Source: Leptogorgia sarmentosa (lineage: Eukaryota). From it: a stretch of DNA of 64,000 nucleotides. Under the pieces are notes generated by a model. It searched no databases. It was given only the letters and a program-made list of their open reading frames with translations, and had not been told where the DNA came from. A program made the position numbers and the translations under genes. Shown piece by piece: positions 38,506 to 50,700 of this stretch. The DNA lies in NCBI GenBank assembly GCA_964658305.1, contig OZ210885.1, forward strand, positions 6,076,001 through 6,140,000. The letters run 5' to 3'. Position 1 is the stretch's first letter, and each line of letters begins with the position of its first letter.

Positions 38506-41203
38506 CAGGGTGTATAAAAAAAAAGTATACTCGCAAAAAATGTCTTTTAGGCCGAAGCGCACGCACCCCATTGCAAACCATTGGTATATCTAAGTAGTTT
38601 GAGCCCTTCGGATACATCCTACACTAAAAGTTTGCACAAAACGACCATTTTATGACTACGAAAAGTGTTATAAAAAGCCATAGTAAAAATGGTTTGCGCG
38701 AAAAAATGTGAGGCGGAAAATGCAATTTGATTTGACAGCCTAAATCTATGGAACAAGTTTCATTAGTTATTCAAGTTTGAGAGCATTTCGTGCACACAAA
38801 CGCAAACGCGCGACGTTTGAAATTTCGGAATTTTAGCCTTTCAATTTCCGAACCTGATTTTGTGGTGACTTGTAGCTCATTAATGCGTTGCAAACAATTT
38901 GCATAAATTAAATTTTACAAACTGACAGGGTGTTGGAATTCCCAAATGACATCGAAGATGATAGTCGAGGTTACAAACCAGTGTTATTCTTCAAAATTTC
39001 CGCTATTTTGTTCTAAACGAAGCCCAACTCTGTTCATGATAACATGCAAGTAAGGCAAAACAAAGTAAACATGTATATGCGCGCATGGTGACGGTTTCGT
39101 AAAATAGGTATTCGAATACTTGCGTTATTCCCAGGTGGTTAGAACATGAGTGTGGCTGCATGCATTGCGATTAACCTTCTCATTCATTGTAATCATGGCT
39201 ATGCCACAGTTCACACCTCAGCAAAGATCATTTTTAGTGAGAGAATACCACCAAAATAACAATGAGGTTAGGAGAGTTCTCCAAAGGTTCCGTGAAGTTT
39301 ACCCTGGTGTTCGATGCCCGTCGCGAGCTACAGTTCATAAAAATGTAAGAAAGTACAGCATGCATGGCACAAGTTTCAATTTGAATAAGGGCAGGTCTGG
39401 TCGTCGGAGGACAGCAAGATGTCCGGAAAATATCGCGCCAGTAACACACGTGCTGGCTAATCAAGAAGCAGGTGAACAAAGGATAAGCGCCCGTCGTAGT
39501 GGTCTTGGTTTATCCTCAGCGACATTCAATCGCATTACCCGACTGGATTTGCAGCTGTTGATCCAAATGATCAAACGTCATCAGCTGTTCGATGGAGATT
39601 ACCAGCGACGGGTGAACTTCTGTCAGTGGCTGCTTTGTCAAAATCAACGTTTTCTTGAAAATGTAATTGTCGGCGACGAGGCAGGATTTGCCCTAAATGC
39701 TAGCGTAAACACCCATAACGTATTGTCCACATGGTGAACCGCCTTTAAACTTCGATTACCAACAAAACGATGATTGCCACAAGCTAACAGTATGGGTTGG
39801 TTTAATGGGTAACGGCAGCATCATTGGTCCCTTCTTTTTTCGCAATAATTTGGACGGCGAGGGCTACCTTCAGATGATAAACGAGCAAGTGCATCCCAGG
39901 TTAGGCAGAATGCATCGTTTTGGACCAAACAGGAATGGCCAATTCGGACGTCTTTGGTGGATACAAGACGGTGCAGCACCTCATAGGAGACGTATCGTTA
40001 CTGAGCGCTTGCAACAGCTGTTTGGTGAGCAAGTTGTAGCGTTAAATCACCAAATCGAATGGCCACCAAGATCCCCAGATTTAACACCATTAGATTGTTT
40101 TCTTTGGGGTTATTTGAAGTCGAAGGTTTACTTAACGCCACCTGCAAACCTAGACGAAATGAGAATCCGCCGTGAGATGGACGCCCTTAAGCGAAACAGA
40201 GGGATGGTTCGACGTGCTGTCAACGCCATGTTAACCAGAGCTGAGCTCTGCGTAGAAAGAAACGGGGGTCATGTAGAGGACTAACACTATCTGAATGTTC
40301 AATGATTAAAAAATGTAAATAGGTCAACATAAAGCTTTCTTGAAATAAAGTATAAATAAACGTTAATGTGAATAACTCAAGGTTGAACATGAGAAAATAC
40401 AAGTAGTTAAATCAAACGCAATTGCAGTATCATTAAAGTCATAAAACAACCAGAGAATACTGCAAGTAAAGCCTACATTTTATGAGACCGTGCATGCATA
40501 CACACATCCCGTTCCTCACTTGCATGTTATGAGCAGAGCTGGGCTCTGTTTAGAACAAGATAGGTGCCCTGTTGAAGAATAGCACTTTTTTCGAACTGAA
40601 GCCGAGTTTCAATAAGTCCTTAGCGGTCGCTCGTGGTTTCCGAGTGAACTCGTAGTGACCAAAAATAACAGTGTCGTTGAAATAGACTTTGTTCTTATCC
40701 CAGCGACATTTCTGTTTCTCCCTTACGGTCGCAAAACCTTTGCTCAAAAACAACGACCGAAAGCTAGAGATCTGTCTGTCAACACCCTGTCAGTTTGTAA
40801 AATTTAATTTATGCAAATTGTTTGCAACGCATTAATGAGCTACAAGTCACCACAAAATCAGGTTCGGAAATTGAAACGCTGAAATTTCGAAATTTCAAAC
40901 GTTGCGCATTTGCATGCACCAAATGCTCTCAAACTTGAATAACTTATGAAACTTGTTCCATAGATTTAGGCTGTCAAAACAAATTGCATTTTCCGCCTCA
41001 CATTGTTTCGCGCAAGCCATTTTTACTACAGCTTTTTATAACACTTTTCGTAGTCGTAAAATGGTCGTTTTCTGCAAACTTTTAGTGTAGGATGTATCCG
41101 AAGGGCTCAAACTACTTAGATATACCAATGGTTTGCAATGGGGTGCGTGCGCTTCGGCCTAAAAGACATTTTTCGCGAGTATACTTTTTTTTTATACACC
41201 CTG
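38506..41203 (+). mobile_element. Full-length DD41D (rosa/Visitor-type) Tc1/mariner element, ~430-bp TIRs, frameshifted transposase (about 39195-40284)
   Basis: TA|CAGGGTGTAT ... ATACACCCTG|TA; VGDEAGF, IQDGAAPH, WPPRSPDLTPLD with 41 residues between the 2nd and 3rd D. Confidence 0.92.
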
Positions 41204-41244
41204 TATAATCACAGGCGTTATTAGACACGCACATTACTACAACC

Positions 41245-41667
41245 ATGAACTCGTGTGAGCAGGTATTCTGGGCACAGAATCTAGTAGTGGACGAAGTAGT
41301 TCCGTGGGAAATTAAAACGCAGTGAAATTTAATGAACGCTATTTTTCAACATGCAGTAAATACCCAGCTTCAAATAATTCGAAAAAAAAAATGTCGTGGT
41401 TGAGAGGTAAATCATCCCAGTCAGCGAAGGCACGAGTGTATCACAATGTCTGAAGACGAAAACTGGATATTGTACAGAGCAGAAGCAGTGAAACGCGTGA
41501 TTGCAAATCAGACAATATCGAAACACTTTAGGGAAGCCGTGCGCGTTATGAAACTAGAATCTTACGGCAAAGTTATTGAGCACTTTAAAAAACTGACTGA
41601 AGATCCCGAAACAACCGCTAATGATCTCTCCTCGTACTCCGCTCGGTTTCCGAATGTTACCGAATAA
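41245..41667 (+). pseudogene. CxGC..HPSQ protein (copy 3)
   Basis: VDEVVPWEIK..KKCRG*EVNHPSQRRHECITMSEDENWILY. Confidence 0.65.
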
Positions 41668-41828
41668 CAACACTCGTTGCTACGCAACCACAAACAAAAA
41701 CATTCTAAAACAGATTTTTTCTTCATATTTTATTTCATGAAAAATCAACAATAAAAGACATCAATAAAAGACAACAGTGAATACACAACCATCTCTACAA
41801 ATACAGATTACAGTAATTCATATTGTTC

Positions 41829-42369
41829 TCAAAGCTGCCTCTCCAAATACTGCTGGTACGCCTTCTTATGATCTGCCTTGTAAGACCTAAATGTCTTTTC
41901 TGTCCCCTCGATAAAGTACTTGAACAATGGTGGCATACTGAAATAACGCACCGCAACATTTGACAAAGGATCCCTTTCCCGATCCCAACTGAACAAATCA
42001 TTCAAAGCACCCAACAACGCTTGGTTATCTTTCTTCCGATACACATCGTATAGTAAAGACTCAACAAACACCCAATCTGGATCCGTCTCCAATAACGGTA
42101 AGTGATCAGTAAACTTTTTTGAACTTCCATCTTTAATACAGCCAACACATTCACAAACTCATGCCAAATCTCACAATCGCCTCTAATCATCTCAATCGCT
42201 CCTATTCCATGCATCGCCATGTCTCACGCTCATCCATCATTAGACAATCCTGATCTCTCACTTTACAACCACAACACACCTCGCCATATCTCTTCTGAAT
42301 CTCGCGTGCAACACACCTCGCATATACTATCTCTAAAAGACGGAGCGTTTTATCAGGTCCACTCATCAT
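41829..42369 (-). pseudogene. CCGCKVRDQDCLM paralog
   Basis: Minus-strand translation homologous to the 18682 and 45010 ORFs. Confidence 0.5.
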
Positions 42370-42785
42370 GAAATCATTCCATGTAATTCACCCCAACACC
42401 TCCCATCCTTTTTATATACACATTCACGCAACGCTATCCACACTAACAACACCATCCCTCGCTATCAAAACCATAGTAACACTCACCATACTCACCCCAA
42501 ACAAAAAACCCACATGCCTCTGAAAATAACTCAATATTTTTCCACTACGTCGGAAACATTAAAAACTCTGTCCACCAAAAACTATCTGGCATTTAATAAA
42601 ACATCCCACAAGCCATTACTACGGTCGATCGCCAACGTCATCCGTCGCCATCACCTCAAACAAGAAGACAAGTTTTTTCAAACAAAAAAAGTCCCAGCCT
42701 CTTTGTTTTTTTCACAATTATGGCCACTGTAAACGCACAAGAGTTTCACACCAAAGAAATACAACGGATGCGTAATAGGCGTAAA

Positions 42786-44072
42786 CTAGGGATCCAAGGA
42801 TAGTGCAAAGTTTCTAAGGCCCGTTTCAAACGTGGAATTTTGGTCGCATCGAATGGCGAATGCAATTCAAACAATGGATAATGACTGAGTTAGTCATCTC
42901 ATTATCAATTGTTTGAAATGCATTCGATGCGACCAAAATTCCACGTTTGAAACGGGCCTAAGAAGACATTAAAATCATATTTTGAAAATAATCACTATTT
43001 TATTGTCATAAAGCAACTGGCAATCGCAGCAGCGCGCGTGTTAAAAGCAAATCAGATAAATCTCTGACCTCTGACCGTTTTAAATTACATACACATCGTA
43101 CTGATACTTCTGCGTCGTAATAAAATATCCAGTTTATTCACCGTATCAGGCCAACGTTAAATTTACTTTTGTATCCCTGTATATGGTTTAGTTCTTTTAG
43201 TATCGAAAATTCTGTAAATCCCCGGTATGTCTGGTAAACAAACAACCGCGAGGCCGGATCCGCCGCAAGACGGGAAGAGTCGAAGACGGCAAAAACAAAC
43301 ACGAAAGCTATAAATGCGAAAGCTCGCAAATATGTTGCCTATCATCAACCATATTAACTAAATACGATTTAAAATTATGGCTATCTTGTTGTGACGAGTT
43401 CTACTGTGTTACACATCTCAGTTTGCCCACTATTTGCGAATTGCGATGGCAATGTCGGCCAACTAAATGTTTTAATATAATACGCACGGCGGCAGTTAAC
43501 AGTAGCTATTTCAAATTGTGCATGACGAGCCAAATACAAGTTTTCTACTAATAATGATAATAAATTCAAATCTCTAGATTCATTGCTGATATATAAAGAA
43601 CATTTTAACTGCTTTATCAACGTATTCAAACATGTTGGCCGCATTATATTATCACCATAGTGAATTACTGATTCATGGTCTCACTCTTAGCGTCCGCCAT
43701 ATTGTGTAATTTCATCCCCCAGAATTGTGCTGAGTTGCAATTTTTGCAAAAACTGAAATTCCGGAGGGGCCTCCGCCATTATGTACTGCATTTGAGCGCT
43801 TCTTTGATCACATTTCTCATCGAACTAACTTTCGTATCAATAACAACAACTGCAAATAATGACGAGCAATGATATATAACTGCAATCGAATCATTTCTGT
43901 TCAAACATTCGAAGGATATCAGTCAACTACGGAACTTCGCATATCAGGAGAATTTGGGAGGCTCCCCCCGGAGTTTACACTATGAATGAATCGCTGAATA
44001 GCTGAATCGCTGATGTGAATTTTCGCCCCTCATCACAATACTGCTAAGTTAAACTTTGCACTAAAAACAAAA
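42786..44072 (-). mobile_element. HINE/DINE-like element, copy 2
   Basis: Same ends and body as 26104-27393; (GCTGAATC)-type microsatellite. Confidence 0.65.
42818..42958. mobile_element. PIF/Harbinger-type MITE with TAA TSD
   Basis: TAA|GGCCCGTTTCAAACGTGG...CCACGTTTGAAACGGGCC|TAA. Confidence 0.8.
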
Positions 44073-44899
44073 GGCCGAGATAGAACGCTCGTGACGACAG
44101 TGCCTTTCTACAGGAACAATGCCCAGACATCATGATGGAGTTTGAAGCAGAACAGGCCTTCCTAACCCAACGCACTCAAGACGACATTCGAATAACACCA
44201 TCCGTCAACATAAACAACCCTACCCAATGCAGGAACATTGAAACAACACCACCCGCCAACACAAACAACAACAACCCCACCCAAAGTTAGTCTGACATCA
44301 CAGAATCAACAAACAATCGCAACACCAGCCAGGAAGACCTCATCACCGAAATGTGTCACACATATAACGTACATCTGAAAGAATTTGACACCGAACTCTT
44401 TGACAATTTATAAATGTTATTGTATCGCAAACGTTAACATCTATGTTCACCTTAATATTTTTTCATCTAAAACATTTTCATGTCATCCTTTTTTATATTT
44501 CAAACAAATGTTTATATCTCAATATGTACAAATGATTTACTCATTAATATATTTGTTCTTAAAAACAAATTACTCTTATGTCTCAAATAACAATCTGTTC
44601 CACACAAATACTTTTATTCCATTAATCTCCCCACTACATTCACTTATATTTGAACACCACTACTAACTTTAGGGTAAACATTTTTATAATCATTCACAAC
44701 TTTTTTCGTCAACATCATATAACCCTTTTCACAAAAACATTTTTTATACGCCTCTTATATTATCATCAACAATATTATTCTAAAAATGTCTCAAATACCA
44801 CCATTCTTTCTCTCTCGCGTACATCGCGCATTAAACCAATTATACACCTTCTTCCTCGTCAAACCATACCGCTCAACCAATTGGACTTTCCACCTTCCT

Positions 44900-45261
44900 T
44901 AGGGTCTTAATCAGGTCCTCATTATCGAAGTACTCTTGAAATAACGATTCTATTAACATAAGATCTGGATCGGTTATATGCTCAATTACATATGACTGAA
45001 CAGGAATGTTCAAATGTTCAAAAGTTTAGCGACCTTACTAAACTCATTCCACGCAAAGTGATTCCTCTTAAGCTCTTCCATAGCATTACGACCGTATATC
45101 TCCCATTTTTCAAACTCGTCAGGCATTAAACAATTCTCATCTCGCACTTTACAGCCACAGCAAAACAAACTAAAATCTCTTTCAACAATTCGATTAATAG
45201 CCTTTGCATATGTTATTTCAGCAAGACGAAGAACTCTGTTCGTCAAAGCACAAATAAACAC
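44900..45261 (-). pseudogene. CCGCKVRDENCLM paralog
   Basis: FCCGCKVRDENCLMPDEFEKWEIYG. Confidence 0.5.
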
Positions 45262-45502
45262 TTCACAACGACACGCACGACTATATTTATATTACTCGCA
45301 TATCTTTTTTCAAATAACTTTTCTGTTATCCTTTTTGAAAACATTTTCCGTTTTTAAAAAACACCGTCAGCAAACATGACGAAGCGGTCGACCGCTACTT
45401 ATATTTTCCACTACTAAAACAAAATACATCATCTCTATACTATAAAAAACAAAAAATATAAAGCACAAATTCCTACATCCTCTACAATAATCTCTCTTTA
45501 CA

Positions 45503-45826
45503 ATGGACTCAAACAAGATATACAGCGCAAAACAGGAAAAGATGGCTTGGGTCTGAAAGGGGCAAAGAAAACGCCGTCTAGAGTTGACAGGGTTAAGACG
45601 ATTCAAAGCCTTTATACAAGAGGTCGCTCCAGAGAGGGTCGTGGAGTTCTATACGGCCGAAACAGCCCACCTCAATGAAACCGCTCCGCAAAACCATAGC
45701 TGTATTGAACCACTAACCAGCGTCCAACCGGCGGAACATGTTAATGAAATCATCGAGGAAATGTACGAAACGTATAATGTCCATCTCAACCAATTTGACT
45801 TCGAACTGTTTGAGAACCTCTGTTAA
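45503..45826 (+). pseudogene. Small unknown Polinton-associated ORF; paralog remnant at about 44085-44413
   Basis: Both end in I.EM..TYNVHL..FD.ELF.NL. Confidence 0.45.
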
Positions 45827-46559
45827 ACAATAATTATATGTAAACATCATTTGACGATATGTTATTCAGAACAGTTAAACCATTTATGGTAACATTATTT
45901 ATTCATCTGATTTACACTAATACAATTTTATCAATAATATCATTGTTGTCAATATCCTGGACGCTGATTGGCTAAAAAGCTTCGACAACTGTGCAAATTA
46001 AACTTTATTGCGCAGTTTCGAGCCCGCGATACATTATAAAAACAAATAAATAAACGCTTAAATCAACGCTAAAATTCTTGTTTTTTTTTCCATTTATTGT
46101 CAACTTTGGACAAAAAAGGCTAGCGAATGTGTACTACAATGATATTAATACGAAATTACACTTGTTCTCGAAGTATTAATGAAAAATTGCAAAAAAATTT
46201 TTCATTAATACTTCTCGAACCGTGTAATTTCCTATACTAATTTTTTAAAAATCTATGTATATTCAACATTTATGTAAATATGAAATGCAATTTTTTTAAA
46301 ACTATGTATATATCAAATGCAATTTTAAAAATATTCCAAATAATACAATTCCTTAAAAATATATTCTTATGTTACAAATTGTGTCCATATTATTCTTCAA
46401 TAACAACAGTTTCATTGTTCAAAGTACTTAAGCCTTTCTACGGGAATGAAACCAGTTGTAAATCTTCTTCTCCATATACCCGAAACGCGCTGCCAACTCC
46501 AGCCTTTCCCACCTTCATGGGTAGCCACTTGATCGCACAAACAAATCTCTCATTTCCTC

Positions 46560-46705
46560 TTCCTGCTCTCTGGTAAATTCAATCTCTTATTCGCATATAA
46601 ATCTCCAACTTTCTCTCGGACACCAAACGTCTCTCTTCCAGACTACGGGTCTCTAACGCCACAAGCTCAGCTATCGTTTGACAATGACTAATTACGGACT
46701 CCATC
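46560..46705 (-). pseudogene. Second remnant of the PolB-ORF N-terminus
   Basis: MESVISHCQTIAELVALE..RKLEIY matches 17353 MDVQIKQCETIAELTALE..RKLEIF. Confidence 0.5.
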
Positions 46706-47753
46706 TCAATTCACTTTAAAAAGTTTAAACACATTTTTATACCCTATTATGACAACTGCGGTCGACCACTATGACGTATGCGGACGACCGCTATGACATA
46801 CACATTTTTACATCAAAAAATCATCTTCAGAAACCGTCAGAACGTCTTCAGAAATTTCCGAGTGTCTCCAAACAGACCCACTAGACTACTCTCATGGTAC
46901 TTATTTATACCTACTGTATTGTCAATAAATATACAGGAAAATCTCTAAACACAACTACAATATCAGTCTATAAAACAGAAAAAGACCAGAGTTCGTTCTA
47001 TATCGGTCCAACTGTGCATGTTAAGAACTATAACTGTTGAAATGACATATAGCATTAATCTTGAAGACGTGAAGTTTTGAAGACCTACAACTTACTTTAT
47101 TTGTTTCCTTTCGTTCCCGTGCACAATGTTTTGAAACATTTAGGACATTTCCACAACGCCGCTTAGGGATTCTTCGTCAACACTGCCATCAGAATATTCA
47201 CTGGCGCGTTCACCTTCATGACTAACCATGTCAGAATTGTCGGATGAAGCCATTGCCAAAAATGTATTTCTGAATGCAGACAAATGAATAAAAAAGCTAT
47301 CTATTGACACCTGTTTCGCCTGTTCGAAAAAGATTGGTGCTATTTTATCAAGAGATATGGTCATTTCTGAGCAAGATTTGGAGGTCACTGTTGATTTGCT
47401 GCCAAGTGAATTCTGCCCTCTGGTCACTGATTTAAACCATTGTTTGCAGAGGGTTTGCACAATGCGCGAGCCAGCGAGCCACGCGAGTTATGCGAGCCAC
47501 GCGAGTCATGCGAGTCATGCGAGTCACCGTCACAGAGGTCACCGTGTTACCGCGTGCTTCTCAGACCTCAGTTCTGAACACTATAAAGTTTCCTCTTACC
47601 CTCTGCTGCGGAATCTCTATCCATCTCACTCAACAGTAGTACTTTCTCAATGTAAGTATCGATTCTGTCAATGACATTGCTTCATTACAAAAAAATGTTT
47701 TATTAATGAGCGCTCGATCTGTTTATGATTTTGCTATGTAAAACGTAAAACAG

Positions 47754-50700
47754 ATGGCAGATAGGCGTCTTCAATGTCTGCTCCAGGCGAACAAGAGAGG
47801 CTTTTCCCTATCCTTCGATCCATCAGGGGATCAAAACAGATGCTTCTATCAGTGTATTGCAAAGAATATGAATACTGGAGAAGAAAACGTCGTGGACATG
47901 ATCCAGTCCTACATGACAGCGAACCAATTTGTCACTACAAAAAGCGAGGTACTGCACACTTATTTATTTATATTTCTTTATTTATGTATTATTTATTTAT
48001 GTATGTAGTCTTAATATTCATTTATTCATTTATTCATTTATTCATTTATTCATTTATTCATTTATTCATTTATTCATTTATTCATTTATTCATTTATTCA
48101 TTTATTCATTTATTCATTTATTCATTTATTCATTTATTCATTTATTCATTTATTCATTTATTCATTTATTCATTTATTCATTTATTCATTTATTCAGGAT
48201 GGAGTAGTTAAAAGACAAGACTTGTGGGCATTTCTTTCCGATATCGACTTTCCGACCCTTGGATATAGGCCTTGTTCATGGGATGAATCGGTTAAAGCGC
48301 TTAAGAATGAAATGGCTAATCATGTTGTGATACAGTGTGCTGCATCACTCTTTTGCCTGAACATTAACATTATTGACTGGCAAGGGGTAAGCTATTTATT
48401 GCTTTTCAGCCAAGCTGCATGGCCAATTATCTTGTTACATGTATGTGTAACATATGTGTATATGAGTCACACATTACATTATGAACACATCTTGTATCAG
48501 TTGACAAATTGTAGAAATGCCTTCACAAAATTATGCATACATGTAGCAATAAATTAAGAATAAGTGGCATACATATGCATACAAACTCAGAAATATGTAC
48601 TAGTATTGAGATCCACATCAAAATACCTTGGTATACTCATTTGAATGGTGAATAAGACAAAAATGTGGGTTAATCCCTTTATCACTCTGAGTTGTTAAAT
48701 CATCTGGTGTTAGACAGAGTAGCTATAGAATAGTTATATGTAGAGGCAGATTTGGGCTGCTTGACAACTAGGGTTTGGGCTAATTATGACCACTTTAAAT
48801 TCTCTTACAGAGAATGACTGTGACAAATCCATTTCTTTGGCAAGGAATGCACAATGTTTATCTTGCATATACAGGGTCTCATTATATGCTATTAACACCA
48901 CAATTATGTGGTGTGGCCAAAGATAGAAAAGAACATGTTACAGGCCCAGGTAATTTTAACTGACAAGTGTAATTTCTAATTCATATACAGTACATACAGT
49001 AGTTAAATGTAATTACCCTGTTTTATATTTTTAGGGATAAAGGTTGAGAAACACAAAGGAGCTAAACAATTTCAGCAAAGTGGCCCTGAACAGTTTAATC
49101 CTGGCATAAGTGTGTTTAAAGGCCGCCCATTAAAGGTAGGAATGTATAGTTACCTAATTTCTATAGGCAAAGATTAACCTCAGTGTATGCATTGCTCATA
49201 GATGTATTGGCTTAAAACTGAGGATTACTGTAGATTCAATATACCAATTTTATGCCAAATTGAACCAGCTGTCAATGCCAACACTTTAAAGGAACAAGGA
49301 TAAACCAACAGCAAAAAGCTTTAGCATGATAGATAAATAAAATAAAATAAAATAATCATCTTGCATTATCTGATATTTCCACATTAGATATTTAGTTCTC
49401 TTGTGTTCCTATATGCAAACAATATTATAGTATATTTTGACATTTCATAGCTTCATGATTGTCAGGATCCAGTGATTGTCATTTCTGATGACGACAGTGA
49501 TGTCAAAACAGCTGTTGTTGACATATCTAGCACAGTAAGTTGGATTAAATTGTGTATATATGGACAATTGTGAAGTAGTATACACTTATTAATAACATTG
49601 CATGGCCTTCCATTAATTAATGTTTATATCCGTTTTATAAAATAAAATAAAAATACATGGTTAAATAATTTTTCATTTTTTGTCATGGATTATTAAGTGA
49701 TAAGTGTTGCATTATATAAAGGCTGTACAGTGTTTACAGTATTTAGCTTTTAGATATAATAGCCTTAACTTACTGTATTTTTTACTATACAAAGGGTTCT
49801 CAGTCTGATGAAGAAATAATATCGACTAAGAGTTCTGACAGTGACATAATTGTTGGAAAGAAGAGATCAAGAAAACGAAAAAGATGCAGAACTACCAATG
49901 TAAGTGAAATGCTTAATGCATTCCATCTTGGTTTCTTGGTAATTGTGGAGCAAAATTAAGTAAAGTATTTACTGTATGTACATTTTCCCCCATTTAATGT
50001 ATCCACTGTTAGTTGAATATTACACTATATCATCTGAGTTTACTACCTTTGATATACAGTACGTATGTGCAATTTGGTAACCCTGTGGCCCTCATAGTTT
50101 CCTTGTCCAATAATTTTTGCTTTAACATAGGATGATAGTTCTATGGAACGGCTTATTACGGTGTTGAGTGGCATGAGTTCTAATGACACCACCCCAGTTA
50201 AGGATGTGAAACCTGAACGATGCAGTGGCCCATGCACAAAAAAGTTGTTTGCAGGAGATGAGTAAGTCTACAGGGTGTATCAAAAAAAGGAGACCTTTAG
50301 AAATCGGTCTTATTGTTGTGATTTGAATGGTTGAGCGCGACCGAGGCACAGAAGCGTCAAATATTGACAGGATGTATTGTTTGGTGTACATGCAAATTTC
50401 TTGCCAAGCGCTGTGTGGCAAGCATCTCAGTGTGCGTTCGATCAATGAGCATTGATTTTATTATGTTCATGTACCCATGGGATTAACATGCATATGAGCA
50501 TTCAGATCACAACAATAAGACATGATTTCTAAAGGTCTCTTTTTTTGATACACCCTGTATGGAGGTGCACTAACTTGCAACCTAGATGAGATCAACATAG
50601 ATATTATAGATACTGTCATGTGCATTCTATTGATTTTCCATCAAGCTTTCAGACCATGTACTCACTGCTCCGTTGACTATATGCATGCGTGCAGTAATAT

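Noticed and set aside
47774..48211. ORFs with (FIYSFIHL)n repeats
   Set aside because: Translations of the intronic TTTATTCA microsatellite.
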